DNA of 64,000 nt from Octopus vulgaris (GCA_951406725.2 OX597824.1:57474001-57538000); one strand, 5' to 3'; positions 1-15,641 are shown, numbered from the stretch's first letter. A program made the numbers and translations. The notes: a model not told the origin generated them from the letters alone.

Positions 1-131
1 AAGGGGCTAAACACAGAGAGGACAAACGAGGACAGACAAACGGGTTAAGTCGATTACATCGATCCCAGTCCGTAACTGGTACTTACTTTATCGACCCCGA
101 AAGGATGAAAGGCAAAGTCGACCTCGGCGGA
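1..131 (-). mobile_element. tRNA-derived SINE fragment with Nin/Deu-like central domain
   Basis: Minus strand reads ccgccgaggtcgactttgcctttcatcctttcggggtcgataaagtaagtaccagtt. Related copies lie at ~13165, 14195, 19935, 33755, 38310, 39190-39705, 49550 and 51670. Confidence 0.85.
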
Positions 132-620
132 ACCTTTCTACTGACCATTTCTCTACGCACATATGAAGAAACACACAACTACACAAAAGACCATCACTCC
201 TGTTACCATGCTACTGAAATCTTCCTACAACATTAACAGATACAAAGTTCACTCACACATACACATACACACAACCAACATCACACATACACATGCTATA
301 GTACACACTTGCGCGCACGCACATAGCCACACATACACACAGATACCTCATTCTCTTACACTCTTCTGTATTAGAAAGAACTTTTTCTTCACCCATTCCC
401 TTCCGGCCATTTCAAAATATAACCACATGTGGATCGTTGGTGACTTTTTGCCTCCGGCTTCCTTTTCTCATGCACTTTCCTCTGTCTTCTGTTTCTGAAG
501 AAAAGCTTTGCTCGAAACGTAAAACTACCTTTCTTTCCTTCCCTGAGCGTTTGCTAATACTTTGCATGTACTACGTCCTTGTGTTGTTGTTTTTCACCGT
601 TTTTCTTTTGGATTAAATAT
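130..620 (+). mobile_element. Short Penelope-derived, hammerhead-bearing repeat ending in (TA)n
   Basis: Shares the block ctgaNga-agagc..gctc-gaaacgt..ttcctgagcgt..taatact..cgtcct..ttggatt with 29235-29430 and 35600-35870. Confidence 0.7.
491..525 (+). ncRNA. Minimal type I hammerhead ribozyme motif (stem II mismatch)
   Basis: gttt-CTGAAGA-a-aagc-ttt-gctc-GAAAC-GTA-aaac; stem I gttt/aaac. Confidence 0.7.
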
Positions 621-627
621 ATATATG

Positions 628-698
<71 letters not shown>

Positions 699-782
699 AG
701 AGATAGATAGAGAGAGAGAAATATATTTTCCGTATAGAATACAATTCGTAGTGCTCAAGAAGTTTAAACTTGAGCAGGTAGT

Positions 783-1271
783 GGAGTAAATGTGAGGATA
801 AGCAAGTTACACAAGACAATATAAAAAAAGATATTAAGTGGATTTAATATAAACATGTATATTTGTTTACACAGAATAGAAATGATATCAGGAATTAAAG
901 GGATTGAATAAGAGTATTACGAGTCCAACAGCTGTTTCTGGAGCTTGGAGGTCCACAATGATTGTAAATTGGTTCCATCATCGGATAAGACCAATCTCCG
1001 TCTTCAGGGAAGAGTTGTTACAGTTGAGGTCATGACAGGAGTTTAAAGCTTTAAACTCCTTTCTGTCATGATCTCAAAAATTTACCATCATTTTGGACCT
1101 CCAAGCCCCAGAAACAGCTGTTGGACTCGTAAAATTCTTATTCAAACCCTTTAATTCCTGATATCATTTCTATTCTGTGTAAGTCGGACCCTTTTATCTG
1201 TAAATATATGTATATTTTTTGTATTAAATGCATTTAGTATTGTGTAATTTGCTTATCCTTACATTTAATCC
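783..1271. repeat. Fold-back element with inverted arms ~783-970 and ~1078-1271, Penelope pLTR-like
   Basis: acacagaatagaaatgatatcaggaattaaaggg in the left arm is mirrored by ccctttaattcctgatatcatttctattctgtgt in the right arm. Confidence 0.85.
924..1010 (-). ncRNA. Type I hammerhead motif with long stem II
   Basis: tcc-CTGAAGA-cggag-attggt...accaat...ctcca-GAAAC-agct-GTT-gga; stem I tcc/gga and a palindromic stem III loop. Confidence 0.65.
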
Positions 1272-1287
1272 TATATCTATCTATATA

Positions 1288-1350
<63 letters not shown>

Positions 1351-1399
1351 GCTTGCCTGTCTGTTTATCTATCTATCTATATATATATTACTACAAAAT

Positions 1400-2370
1400 T
1401 GTAAACTGAGTGCTATGCTTTTGTGAAGATGTCGATTAGTCTCTCTTTCAACAACATTGTACTCCATGGGATTTAAAGCTGGCGAGTTTGGAAACTAGAA
1501 GTTTAGTGTTACGTGGTTGTAGAGATGGGCTTTGCGAGAAGATGGTGAAGCACGTATAGCCTTCCACTGCGTACTTCATTGACCAAAGGGTTTAGCAACT
1601 GTCTCTAGCACCTTACCCTATCCAGCAGCATTAATTCTAAGACCTTGTGTAAGGATGCAAGACAGCATGACGTGACCTTCATTACCAGTCACAACTAAAA
1701 CCATCATAAGTAGCTGGAAGCTTAGTATGCATCACTCCGGAGATATCAAAAAGATCTGCCCATAATCATCTGTTATTTATTCTATTAGACTTGTTCGAAG
1801 TTTTTCTCATCAAAAAAGAACCAAAGCATGCCATGTTCGTAGCGGCTTTTTACGAGGTTAAATAACTGCATGGTGCAGGTCAAGGGATTTTCCTGCATCT
1901 TTGCAAGACATGAATTATTCTCTCCTAATTACATACGATTTGTATCGAATGTCTTCGTGCTCCCCACATTTGATAGTCCACTCCGAAACCTGAAGTTCTT
2001 TGGAGATGGCCTGCATTAATTTTCCAGGATTATCATTGTTTTGAAATTATTAGATGAATTGCGACGTCTTTATAATGTCCGGTCGTTTACAATGTTCTTG
2101 TTTTCTTTTTGATACAGTCGTAACGTTCTCCCCAGTGGCTTCCGTTTGTACCCGAACTTTGTGTATAAGGGATCTTGCAACATTTTGTTGGAAATTTTAA
2201 AATCGCTATGTCCCGTACATACGGCAACAATGGGTGCATTTTTTTTCATTTTCTTGTGTTGGCATTTTATCTTCCATAGATGACTAAAAGAAATGAAAGA
2301 CTTTTAATTAGTTTGAAGAGAGCGATATACTGATAACTGAGTGTCCTCAATTATTCCTCCCATCCTGTAT
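1400..2370 (-). mobile_element. Degenerate Tc1/mariner-type transposase relic
   Basis: Minus strand near 1465-1495 encodes PNSPALNPME (SPDLNP motif). The element ends ...tcctccatcctgta, a TIR-like end with TA. Confidence 0.55.
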
Positions 2371-2430
2371 ATGTGTGAGTATGTTAATGCAAATACATAC
2401 ACATGTATGTATACACACATACATAAATGT

Positions 2431-2474
<44 letters not shown>

Positions 2475-4340
2475 ATTGCGAAGTCAAAATTTATTATCAA
2501 TTATTTAGCTTCTAATAGCGACGGGAGATTCTTAGATACGGCTTCGGCTGTTAAGTGGTATCCATAAGAAAACTGCCAAAAATGAGGTATTTTCACGGAT
2601 ATAAAACCGACATGGTGACATGTAACCCTAAATTCTTCACAACAAACCACGTGATATTACGGGAATGTTGAATTATCTCTTTCAAAAGCCAAATACATTA
2701 CTCACTTTTCATCTGTCCTTTCATTTTAATTCATTATTTACCGTTATATTATCGCATTAAAACTGAATACTTTCCAATTTGAACGAGCTGGGGTACTTTG
2801 TACGTACAAATATTTTCATTATATTTGATAAAGAAATCATTATATTACTTGTGTTATTTTAACGGAGTTTTTCATCACTTGATTTTAAATTATTTTAACG
2901 TTAATTCTATTAATAAGAGACCTCTGTAAGGTGTATTTAAAAAAGTTACACCATAGTCTACTCGAAATTTCAGTTTCTTCTGTTGCTTTCAGTTATATTA
3001 CATCGGTCTATAAATCATTTCCGAAATCATTAGTATATTTACTAAACCATTAGTAAATCATTTTCGCTTGCGCCTTTGGTGGATAAAACACTAGCTGTTT
3101 CCCTGCTGCGTTTCTGGAAATATTGAATATATTTGTATATATTTTGAAATACACAGATTTATCTCCACTTAAGCGTGGATTTTCTATTAGATCAAACTAT
3201 ATCGTGGTAGTTTCCGTAGGAGAAACTCTGATGTTGGCTTTTTGGTGCAAAATACACTTTTTGATTATATCGCTAACTGGGAGTTAAATCCCTACTACCA
3301 CTAGCGCCGAGACCACCAGATCACATGATTGCAACCTTGTTTGGTCTTGTCAATGGTGGACACTCCATCGCTACAGGCAGCAGCGATTCATCTTTCCACC
3401 AGCAATATATAGAATGACAGTGCCAGAAGAGGCGCTGGTGTGGCAATCAACCAATTAGCTTGTTAACAAATAGAGGGGGATTTATCTCTCTGTTAGCGAT
3501 TGAAACAAGAGTGATTTTTGTACCAAAAGACCATATGAGAGTTTCTCGGATGGTACCTACCGCAGTAATGTTTGTTCTAATAGAACATCCACGATTAAAT
3601 GGGGATAAATATTACCTCTCGGTATTAATATTCCCTCTGTCATCAATATTTATGTTTTAACGTGCATATATAAGTATGTGCATGTGTGTGTACACAGAAA
3701 AACAGGCATAGGACTAAGTAACACGCAAAGACAAATACATATACACTATCACCTCACATACCTATACAACTTTTGTAAGGGTGGGGAACTCAGTCGCAAC
3801 TTTGAGTACCTCTAACGAACACTTGTTTAGACAATTGGTTGCTAGCTGAATGATAACACTTTGTAAGACATTACATAGCAACAAAATGGATCATTAACAA
3901 ATTCCAAATAATTTCACTACTGATTATTAGGCCTCTTACTCTAAACACGTGTGTATACATATACATACATTCATGCATACATACATACATACATACATAC
4001 ATACATACATACATACATACATACATACATACATACATACATACATACATACATACATACATACATACATACATACATGTATATGTGTATGTCTGTGCTC
4101 GCGCGCGTGTGCATTTGTGTATAAACAGACACTAAAAAAATTATAAGAAAGAGGGATGGAAAGCGTGCAAGTAAAAAAAGTATAGCTAGCGAGATATATG
4201 AATGGATTTTTATATAGCTAAACAAATAGGTATATATGCAGGGAGATATAACTACGAATAAGTAAATAACAATAGAGATACATAAATAGAAAATAGATAA
4301 GCAAGGTAATATGTGTGTATGTACACACAATATGTAAATC

Positions 4341-4381
<41 letters not shown>

Positions 4382-4549
4382 AATCTATCTATCTATCTCT
4401 TTAAATTTGTAGTGTATATATGCTTCATAGAATCATGTGGCTATCACAGAAAGCTCCTGTAGCGGACTCGGTTAGCACACCACTTAGCATTACAATACGG
4501 AGGTGTATAATGCAGCTGAAATCCAGGAGATTCGATCGATGAAATTATT

Positions 4550-4995
4550 CCATGGGGAGAATATAAACCATAAAATGTCTGGTGTAAGAGGTCAATATAT
4601 TTATTTAACCACTTGTCATCCATAAAGTTACAGCCGTTTCGCAGCCTTCATCATGTGATAGTAATTTCTGTGTATAATAAATGTCTGCACTAATATGTAT
4701 GCTACGCATTATACAATACATTAATATATTTACAATTCAGTTCAGGTAAAGAAAGCAAGCTCATCAGATCTCTAAGGTGAAACATTGGGGTAACTAGGTA
4801 GCTTTTTTTATCTGCACTGGTTTGTAAATATAAAATTGTATTGTATAGTGCGTAAAGTGCAGACAAGTAAAATAATTCATCATACACTGACATTATTATT
4901 GCATCATGAATGCTGCGAAATGGCCGTAATCCTAATGATAATAAGTATTGAGTAAGTATATTCATCTCTTACGCCTCCTGACTTTTATGGTTTGT
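4550..4995. repeat. Old fold-back repeat with two decayed hammerhead-like cores
   Basis: aaaccataaaatgtctggtgtaagag pairs with ctcttacgcctcctgacttttatggttt. Cores at 4629-4654 (-; atgatga..gaaacggctgta) and ~4903-4928 (+). Confidence 0.55.
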
Positions 4996-5147
4996 AAGCG
5001 CTCGCGCACAGACACACACACACACACACACACACTCTCTCTCTCTCTTGGATTCTTATTCGCATACGTGGCAACCGTGGCTGTCAACCGTGAAATATAA
5101 AATAATTTTTGTTCAGCTTATCGTACTTCGATATGAAAAAAAACCCT

Positions 5148-5478
5148 ACTATTGTTCCTGTAAGTTGTTTTTTTATATTTTCTACAGATTACTTGAATTC
5201 AATTTTCTTCCTACACCTCGATCCTTGGATTTTACACACACACACACACGAGTAAGCACATATGTGCAAAACAAGGCGGAAAAACTTTTTTTACTAAAGC
5301 TGCAAGAACATCACAAAAAATCCTGCTACTTAGAGTTTCACGTTCCTGTTGGTCGCGCAGTTGTGATCAAGAATGGAATATTGTGATGTTCTCGTAGCTT
5401 TAATAAAAAAAAGTATATCACTCTATCTCCGGTATTCGAGTACAATTTTTTCCACCTTGTTTTGCACCTATGTACTTA

Positions 5479-5571
<93 letters not shown>

Positions 5572-5755
5572 TCCAAGGATCGAGATGTAGGAAGAAAATG
5601 AGCTCCGAGCAATCTGTAGAAAATATAAAAAAAACAACTTTCAGGAACAATAGAATATTCCAATCTTGATCACAACAGCCCTATGAACGGGAACATGAAA
5701 CTCTGAGTAGCAGTTTCTTTGTAATGTTCTTTCAGGTTTAATAAAAAAAGTATAT
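5148..5755. repeat. Inverted and permuted repeat (A-B-C / B'-x-A'-C'-B') with internal (CA)n/(TG)n
   Basis: A 5148-5284 pairs with 5447-5653; C 5315-5382 pairs with 5654-5720; B 5286-5316 pairs with 5381-5417 and 5719-5755. Confidence 0.8.
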
Positions 5756-5764
5756 ATATATAAT

Positions 5765-6147
5765 TTTATTCTTGTATTTATTTCAGTCATTTGACTGCGG
5801 CCATGCTGGAGCAGCGCCTTTAGTCGAATCAAATCGACCCCAGGACTTATTCTTTGTAAACCTAGTACTTATTCTATCGGTCTCTTTCGCCGAACCGCTA
5901 AGTTACGGGGACGTAAATGCCCCAGCATCCGTTGTCAAGCGTTGGTGGGGGTCAAAAAACGATCACAAAAACACTCACACACACACATACATATATGACG
6001 GCATTCTTTCAGTCTCTATCTACCAAATCCACTCACAAGGCTTTGGTCGACCCGAAGCTACACTTGCCCATGGTGCCATGCAGTGGGACTGAATCCGGAA
6101 TCATGTAGGTGGTAAGCAGCAACCTATCACACAGCCACCCCTGTGCC
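5765..6147 (-). mobile_element. CORE-type tRNA-derived SINE (octopus OR-like)
   Basis: tRNA-like head (gtggctgtgtg..), CORE-like tgggcaagtg, central microsatellite, and tail ccagcatggccgcagtcaaatgactgaaa. Confidence 0.85.
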
Positions 6148-6151
6148 TTAA

Positions 6152-7043
<892 letters not shown>

Positions 7044-7062
7044 TGTATATATATATATACAG

Positions 7063-7118
<56 letters not shown>

Positions 7119-7854
7119 AGAATAAGAATGGAGAAAATCACTTCTTTAATTTGTAATTACACCATACATCACTGACGATCGTTTTTATTGTGCTAGCATA
7201 TCTAAATACAGAAAATGTATACTGTATATCCGATGCTAACTCAACGTTATCAAAATGGGTTAAATTCAAAGTGGACTAATGGACTAAGAAAATATCTCTA
7301 ATAGTTGAACGCTCTCAAAAAGAACGTTAAGATGAAATATAATATTCTAAGAAAAGTCAGTTTAGTATTTAATTTTGATGACGTCAGTTGATAACGAAAA
7401 AATGAAAACTAAACATACTGTCACGACAATAAGTTATTTACTTATTAAATATACTAAAAATATTTTTACGAATAATTATGCATACTAGATTATAAAAAAA
7501 AATCATAATTAATGGGTCATTTACTATTGCAATATTTAAATGTTCTTCTGTACTTATGAGAACATTTCAATATTAAAATACTTTTACACTTTAATATTAC
7601 TAATTTAAAAGTAATTATATAATACATTTCCACAAGGTAAACATATTTAATAATAGCAGTATTGTACGATAGTGCATAACTGATAATGGACCACATTCAA
7701 ACATAGTTAATGTTTCTGTCTTTTAAACACACACATACACACACACATGTGTGTGTATGTGTGTGTGTATATATAAATAATATTGGTAAAAATGGTAAGA
7801 TAACAAAAGAAAGAAAGAAACCACGAATTTTTCATAGCGTTTTTCCGATGGCCG

Positions 7855-7915
7855 GATAACTGAAGAGATGGTGGCGTGGATTTCCACCTTGAAATCCGAA
7901 ACTCAGAGTTTTATC
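7855..7915 (+). ncRNA. Type I hammerhead motif
   Basis: gataa-CTGAAGA-g...ggatttc/gaaatcc-GAAAC-tcaga-GTT-ttatc; 5-bp stem I gataa/ttatc. Stem II pairing is ambiguous. Confidence 0.6.
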
Positions 7916-7949
7916 TTGGCTACCGAATAATTGTCACATATCACATTTA

Positions 7950-7994
<45 letters not shown>

Positions 7995-9345
7995 CAAATT
8001 GGGACAAGAACGCAAAACATTTAGAAGACGATGCAAAAAACATTGACGGGACATTCGAAGCCTTCAATCTTCAGTCAAGAACCGGATCATCCTCGCTATT
8101 ATTATTCTTGAGATTGCTCCAATGTGGCCAGCCCCAAGGAAAAACTACGCTAAGCGCATTAGATTCCTTGGAAAAAGTGTAGAATGTATACAAAACAAGG
8201 ACGGAAAAACGGACGATGTTACACGAATATGAATACAAAAATAATACATAAAAACAATAATAATAATACGTAAACAGAATAATATAATAAAACCAATAAT
8301 AATAACAGGACATCACAACAGGTGTCTTTCGACTTAAACGAATGAAACTCAGCTGGCGTATTAGGAATGTGCCTTGGGGCAGAGAAAAAATGTTGATGTT
8401 AGCACGATATATATATATATAAATATATGAACATATGACGTATGATGGTATATTAAATAACATACAACATGAATTCCTAATTTATTGAAATTATTTCCGT
8501 TTCTGGAGATGATAGACCAATCACTTCGGGCAACACCAAATGAAAAAGCGAATGAATTTTTTCCAAATTTCCATGGATTATGGAAAAGTAACAAGCTTAG
8601 CTTTTCTGTCCCGATTGACGTCATCAGCTCTGCATTTGTCCTACCTTATCTCCTGTTCTCTTTTATGTATATGTCTATGTATCTCAGACGGGAAATTTAA
8701 ACATATACATCAAAGCGAACATATTTATGGCCTTTGTAATTTGGATAAATGAAATGAAAATGAATTAAAAGAAATAACTTAGAGCGGAAAGTGACGGGTA
8801 TTTCAACAACAAAGAAGAAAAGAGTTATCTCCTCTTTTCATTTGGAGTTGGTAGCAATTGCTATCAAAAGATTGGCCTACGCTGTCTGGAAGCAGAAATG
8901 ATTTCAATAAATCAAAAGTTAATCTGGTATCATATTTAATATATATTTATTTATCTTTGGACTTCAGAAACACATCATGAGCCACTCAGAGATATTTCTC
9001 TTAGCTCGCTTTCTTTTCACATACATACATACATACATACATACATACATACATACATACATACATACATACATACATACATACATACATACGTACATAC
9101 ATAAACACACAAAGATATATAATATACACACAGAAACATACACAATCCTATATATATATGTCTGTATAGGTATACATGTGTTTAATAATAAGGGTATAGA
9201 TCGGTGTATCGGGTTGCACTCCTTATACCCAACAAACTAGGTTGAACAATGTATTGTAAATTTATTTGAGCGACTAAGACCCTTAGAATGTATGCTGTAG
9301 CATGGCTACAGTTCAATGACTGAAAGTGTGTGTGTGTGTTTGTGG

Positions 9346-9376
<31 letters not shown>

Positions 9377-9409
9377 CGATGAGCAAGAGAGGTGAATATT
9401 CATATATAA

Positions 9410-9556
9410 GCGTGGCACCTTGGGCAAGTGCCTTCTGCTATAATACCGACATAATAAGTACTGGGCTTGCAAAGAATAAGTCCTGGGGTCGATTTGTACG
9501 ACTAAAGGCGGTGCACCAGCATGGCCGCAGCCAATTGACTGAAACAAGTAACAGAA
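9410..9556 (+). mobile_element. Internally deleted CORE-type SINE
   Basis: gcgtggcaccttgggcaagtg is joined directly to the tail ggcggtgcaccagcatggccgcagccaattgactgaaacaag. Confidence 0.8.
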
Positions 9557-9618
9557 TATATATATATTCTGTTATATATATATATGTTTATATATATATC
9601 TATATATATATATACACA

Positions 9619-9649
<31 letters not shown>

Positions 9650-9650
9650 A

Positions 9651-9713
<63 letters not shown>

Positions 9714-9972
9714 TATTACCGTATGTATTTCTTTTTTAGTGTACATACACAAACAACATTTTTGTGAAATATGTCGTGAGGGGAAGAATGAAATATTGTG
9801 GAAGAGAAACCTGTGCTATCTTTGTAAAGAAAACAGCTATTGATGATAAAGATGTTATTTAGACAACGAAATACCGCGTCCTGTAAGTAGTGATAAGCAT
9901 TATACGCACACACACACACGCATACACACATATAAACATACACACACATATATATATATATATATACACACT

Positions 9973-10010
<38 letters not shown>

Positions 10011-10084
10011 TACACACACACGTATGTACATATATATTTATATATATATATGTGTGTGTGTATATATATATATATATACATGAA

Positions 10085-10150
<66 letters not shown>

Positions 10151-10749
10151 CCATCTATTTTTGATCGACACTAAATCTACTTTTATTTCTGTTTCCTTTC
10201 ACACTTACAATCTTACACTGAAACATAGACAAATATTTCCTTTCAGCCATTGCTGTCGTCTGCTGATGTCGTCAGCCGTAGAAGTGAAATTCATAAGTAA
10301 AACTCTAGCGCAGTCATTTACATAAATGTACACGCTAGCATTCGATCGAGTTTCTTTGATTAGCATAGGTACCATGCTTTGTTGCGCATCTAGACATGAT
10401 ATCCGACATGCAGACTGCGCTTCATGTATCACCTTTATGTTTGTTTGTTTATTTACTCTGGTGCGTGTATGTGTGTCTTCTTACTCTTGCTGAAGTACTT
10501 TTCTCTTGAATGCTAACGACAACTCGATCAGTGGATAGTTTGGGTATCCCATGTCTGATTGTGTCATAAACTTCCAACTCACAAGTCTCGTTTCATCATG
10601 TAATATGTCACTGAAAATATTGAAAATTAATACATAACGACTTAACGTAAAGCTATCTTTTACATAGTCATACATACATCCGGAAACACACAAAGGCACA
10701 CATTTACAAACATTCCACCTACTTACTGATACACTCATATACATGCACG

Positions 10750-10810
<61 letters not shown>

Positions 10811-11747
10811 TTTCTATGAGATAAACTACGACAAAACTCTTCAGCTTTAACAGAGTTATTCTTGTTTATTCAGAAGTCTATCGGAATATAACCATAAAAT
10901 ATATACGCAGTCATTTTATCTATTATTCACAATTTTTCTTATTTATTTTTTTCATTTCGATATATTTTTTTCTATTAATATGATTTTGTTGCTTTCATGT
11001 AATTCTAGGTTATTTATGCGAGATTTTCTTAAACCAATTCCTTTATATCAGCTACAAGCGTTTCGTTACATTATCTTTTATTTTTTCCGTGTGTTTCTCT
11101 ATTTTTGATCTATGTAAATATCATTACTCAGAGATATTTATCTTGCAGCAGATGAACATGCATGCAAACCTCTGTCATTCTGTCTGTGTGTCGCAAATTG
11201 TATCGTTTTTGCCTATCTGTCGATTTACCTAACTGAATCTCTCTCACACTCACCCTATCTATGTAAGTATATACATGCGTGTGTGTATTTAATCTGGTCT
11301 CGGGATATGCTTGTTTGGAATACTACTGCGTGCAACCGTATCCAAGAGCAAATGTCTACAAGATTTAACTACAAGCAAAAAAAAATCAGAACACAATACT
11401 GGATCCAGACCTGATGGTTGAAAAATATCACTTTTCTTATTTCTGTCATTAAATTTAGGCCATGCTAGATATCACCATCAAGAGTTTTAGCCGACACTGA
11501 CACCGGAACATATTTCGTTATATTACATATTTTGTAGATATATATTGACACCTTTTGTCTAAATGACATTTAACTGGTCTGATTTGATCCCGGCTATATA
11601 TGTCACTTTAATTTCATTGAATGAAGAAACAGAAGACCAGCACTTTTCATTCAAAGGAAATCTCAGAACGTCGCTACTTTCCTTTAAATATCAATGAAAT
11701 ATATGTTTTTTTAAAATTTTCTATTATATATATATATATATATATAT

Positions 11748-11792
<45 letters not shown>

Positions 11793-12482
11793 TAGAGAAA
11801 GAAATAGATAAATAGAGAGATAGGGTGAGAGAGTGGGGAGACTGTTAGAGACAGTATGATTTTCAGAAACAGGGATATTTTATCACTTTATCTATTTCTC
11901 TCTCAATTGGCCTTCTGTCACATACACTTTTCTTTCTTCTATTTGTCAGAATAACTCCGATTGAATTCTATAAGAAATCAAAATAACCGACATTTTTACG
12001 GTATTTTTTTAATGTCTTAGAGAAGAGAGATGAAATGATTAAATTGGTTAAGACTATGTCCGATCACAAATAACTGAAATGCAATTTTCTTTTTATGCTT
12101 AAATTTTCTACTCATGTAAAATGAGCAATTAGGAAGTATCTAGCATAATATATATATTTTTTTTACAAATTTCACTGAAATATTCAGTAAGAAGTCCCAT
12201 CTCACTGACAAAGTATCACATTTCCTAGCACGGGCCCCTCGGGAGCTCTTCACTGAGGTCTACTGACCAGAGTTACCAGTGAAATATTGAAGGTGTTATC
12301 AAGTGTAAAATCTTCTTTCGTGTAAATTGAATGTTTTTGAATTTGACACTGATTTACTGAGTGTAAACGGTGGCGAAGATTGCGGTTGGCACATGAACAT
12401 GAGATTTAACTCCGAACACTGCGACACGCAAATATACATACTTACGTACGTATACGCAGGCATACATACATACATACATATG

Positions 12483-12546
<64 letters not shown>

Positions 12547-12854
12547 CATATATATACACGCACATACACACACACGCACACATATATTAATTACTGGTGA
12601 AGGCCGGTTTATAGGGTTACCCTGGGTTTCTCTCCATAAACGGTGCTTTTGTGGCGTATCTTCAGGCCCTAAGACCTGTTGGCCCATGGCCTCATTAAAA
12701 AAAACATGCAGGAGAAACGATACAGATATAAGAATTAGGATTATCTCCCTTTGGCACTTCCTGTTGTGTCGTCCTCCTTCAGACACGCCACCAAACAATT
12801 TCCAACTGTATTGTAATTATTGCTAATCCAGCTATTATCGCTATTATGCGGTCC

Positions 12855-13050
12855 CCAAGAACATTTAAGAAACGTCTTTTCAACAACAGATCCTCATTCA
12901 GGGTCCCGGAAAGGAGATATGTAATATTGCTGGCCAGCCATATCTGCAACTGGATTAAGATGGTATCCCATACTCGATATCATAGAAAATCCTCCACAGT
13001 CCTGGTCCATACTAGCTATGCGTAGCCGAATGCATGGAAATCCTGAAAAA
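12855..13050 (+). pseudogene. Penelope-like GIY-YIG domain relic
   Basis: Translates TFKKRLFNNRSSFRVPERRYVILLASHI, similar to the helix following the YIG motif in the 16052 and 42672 ORFs. Confidence 0.45.
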
Positions 13051-13164
13051 CTCGCACATGTTGTTTATTGTTTCACTGCTGTATTGATCTTGCTCATTGT
13101 TACTGTTGTTGTAGTTTACTGTAGCTGTTACTGTTAATTTGTTATTATTATTGTTGTTGTATTG

Positions 13165-13380
13165 TAAGGTGATGAGCTGGCATAATCGTTAGCACGCTGG
13201 GCAAAATGTTTAGCGGCATTTCATCTGTTTTACGTACCGAGTTAGCAAGCCGGGCAAAAATGCTTAGCGGCATTTCTTCTGAGTTCAGATTCCACCGAGG
13301 TCGACTTTGCCATTCATCCTTTCAGAGTCGATGAAATAAGTACCAGTTAAGCATTGGGATCCGGTCGATTTAATAGACCT
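13165..13380 (+). mobile_element. Nin/Deu-domain SINE with duplicated head
   Basis: gagctggcataatcgttagcacgctgggcaaaatg (partly repeated) followed by ccgaggtcgactttgccattcatcctttcagagtcgatgaaataagtaccag. Confidence 0.8.
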
Positions 13381-13606
13381 CTCCATCACAACCGTATGTT
13401 GTTATTGTTCGTGTTACTGTTGCTTTCGCCATTATTATTGTCTTTTTAATTAGCCTGTGATTTCTATTGTTTATTTAAACTGGAGTTATATATATTACTT
13501 TTGTTATTGTTTCATTATTGGTATTTTGTTGTTGCTGTTTGGTCTCGAACCAGTCCTCAGCGAGTAGAGTTGCAATAGTAGTAGGAGTGTTGGTGGAGGC
13601 GATAAT

Positions 13607-13679
<73 letters not shown>

Positions 13680-15068
13680 TTGTTAACCCGACTACTTGGT
13701 GGTAAAGTTTGTGGTGTTGTTCAGATACCACGTAAGCTCTAATCTAACAATCAAGAGCACTTCAATCGTGACCATCTCTTTCTTTGGGGCACATTAGATC
13801 AGTTAGTACGGTGGACTACCTTATCTAATGTGGACCACCTTATCCACTGTGTCAATTTCTAAAAGGTAGGGAGTGATTTGACAGAGATTTAGCTGCTATT
13901 TCTAGCAGATCGAGACCATGATTATGATGGTGATGAGTGTAGTAGTGGTGGTTGTATGGTGATGGCGGTGGTGTGACGATGATGGCCGCAATCATCGCGG
14001 TGGTGGTGATTGTGATGATAGTAGGGGTGGATGTACTCATAATGGTGATGTTGGTTTCTATGGTAATGATAGTACTGGTTATTATGGTTGTGTGGTGATG
14101 GCGGTGCAAGTTGTGTACGTGTGTGTGCGTATGTGTGTATGTGTGTGTGATTGTGTGTCTAACGGTTAAGAAGACGTCAAAATATGGCGTAGGTTATTAG
14201 TTTCAAATTTTGGCACCAGGCCAACAATTTGGGGGAGAGTTAAGTCGACAACAGTTCATAACTGATTCTTATTTTATCGATCCCGAAAGGTAAAGTCGAA
14301 CTCGACGGAATTCGAACAATGCACATAAGTAAAAATCTTCGGAATTTCTACTAAATACTCGCACGTATCTGAATGCAGCTTAATCTATGACGGTATATGG
14401 AGGTATATTCATGTATGTATATTTATAACTATCGATTTTTACACACATACACAGGTACACGCAAACGTACATACACACGCTCAAACACACTCACACACGC
14501 AAACATACACGCCCGCGCGCACACACACACACATATATACACATTTACTTATAAATCAAATTCAAGTGTTTTCGTGTACTATATTGACTCTAGTCGAATA
14601 GTAACTTTAAGTGCAACACCGAGTCTCTGTTTGTGTGTGTGTGTGTGAGTGTGTGTGTGTGAGTGTGTGTGTGTGAGTGTGTGTGTGTGTGCGTGCGCGC
14701 GCGCGTGTATGTGGATGAGGAGTGAACAAAGGTTTATAAATACTTGAATAATTAAAATAGGATTACCTGCTATTTTGGGATGTAAAAGACGAAAACGGAT
14801 AAGCAATTGCTATGCGTGGCAGGTTAGAAATCTAGTTATGATTGCAGATCATTCATATATGCACTTAATCAACCTCTTAATAAACTAGTTAATCCCAATC
14901 ACTTACAGATAATTGAAATTACCAATTTAATTCGTCAACTTTAATTACGCTAATTCTTTTTCCTTCCTGGATTTCAATTAGAAAGTAACTTTATTTCGGT
15001 CTGGACTTTGATTTCTTAATTTGATATGATGAAAGCTTTCACAAACACATACATAAGCACATATGTAT

Positions 15069-15148
<80 letters not shown>

Positions 15149-15176
15149 TGTATATATTTATATACATACATATTCG

Positions 15177-15214
<38 letters not shown>

Positions 15215-15641
15215 GAGGACTCACACACACACATATATATATATACTTTCGGTGCGAATGGTTTTGTTATACGGTGCCGTATTTTACAATCGTGTAAATA
15301 ATAATAATGGTATTTTTATATAAGCTTAAAGCTTATGGCGATCACCGTGCAATGACACAGGAAAATAGTCTAATAACGGGGCATATTACTCGATAGAAAT
15401 AAAAAGGCTTTCCTATATATATATATATATATATATAAATAATAGGGAATAAATCCAAACTTACAGGGAAAAATCAGATTTAGGATTGAATCCATTTTAT
15501 AGTAAAATATTATATTATATTAAATTAGAGACAAAACCACTATTAGGCAAATCATACAATGAAAAACTTAAGCCAATACATAAGATTAAATTTATATTAT
15601 TTAAATATATAACAAAATTATTTTAAAAATATAATTAATAT

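Noticed and set aside
7155-7260. Further hammerhead-like traces (also ~8050, ~32525, ~48685, ~53405)
   Set aside because: Core nucleotides are missing or multiply mutated, so they were not counted.
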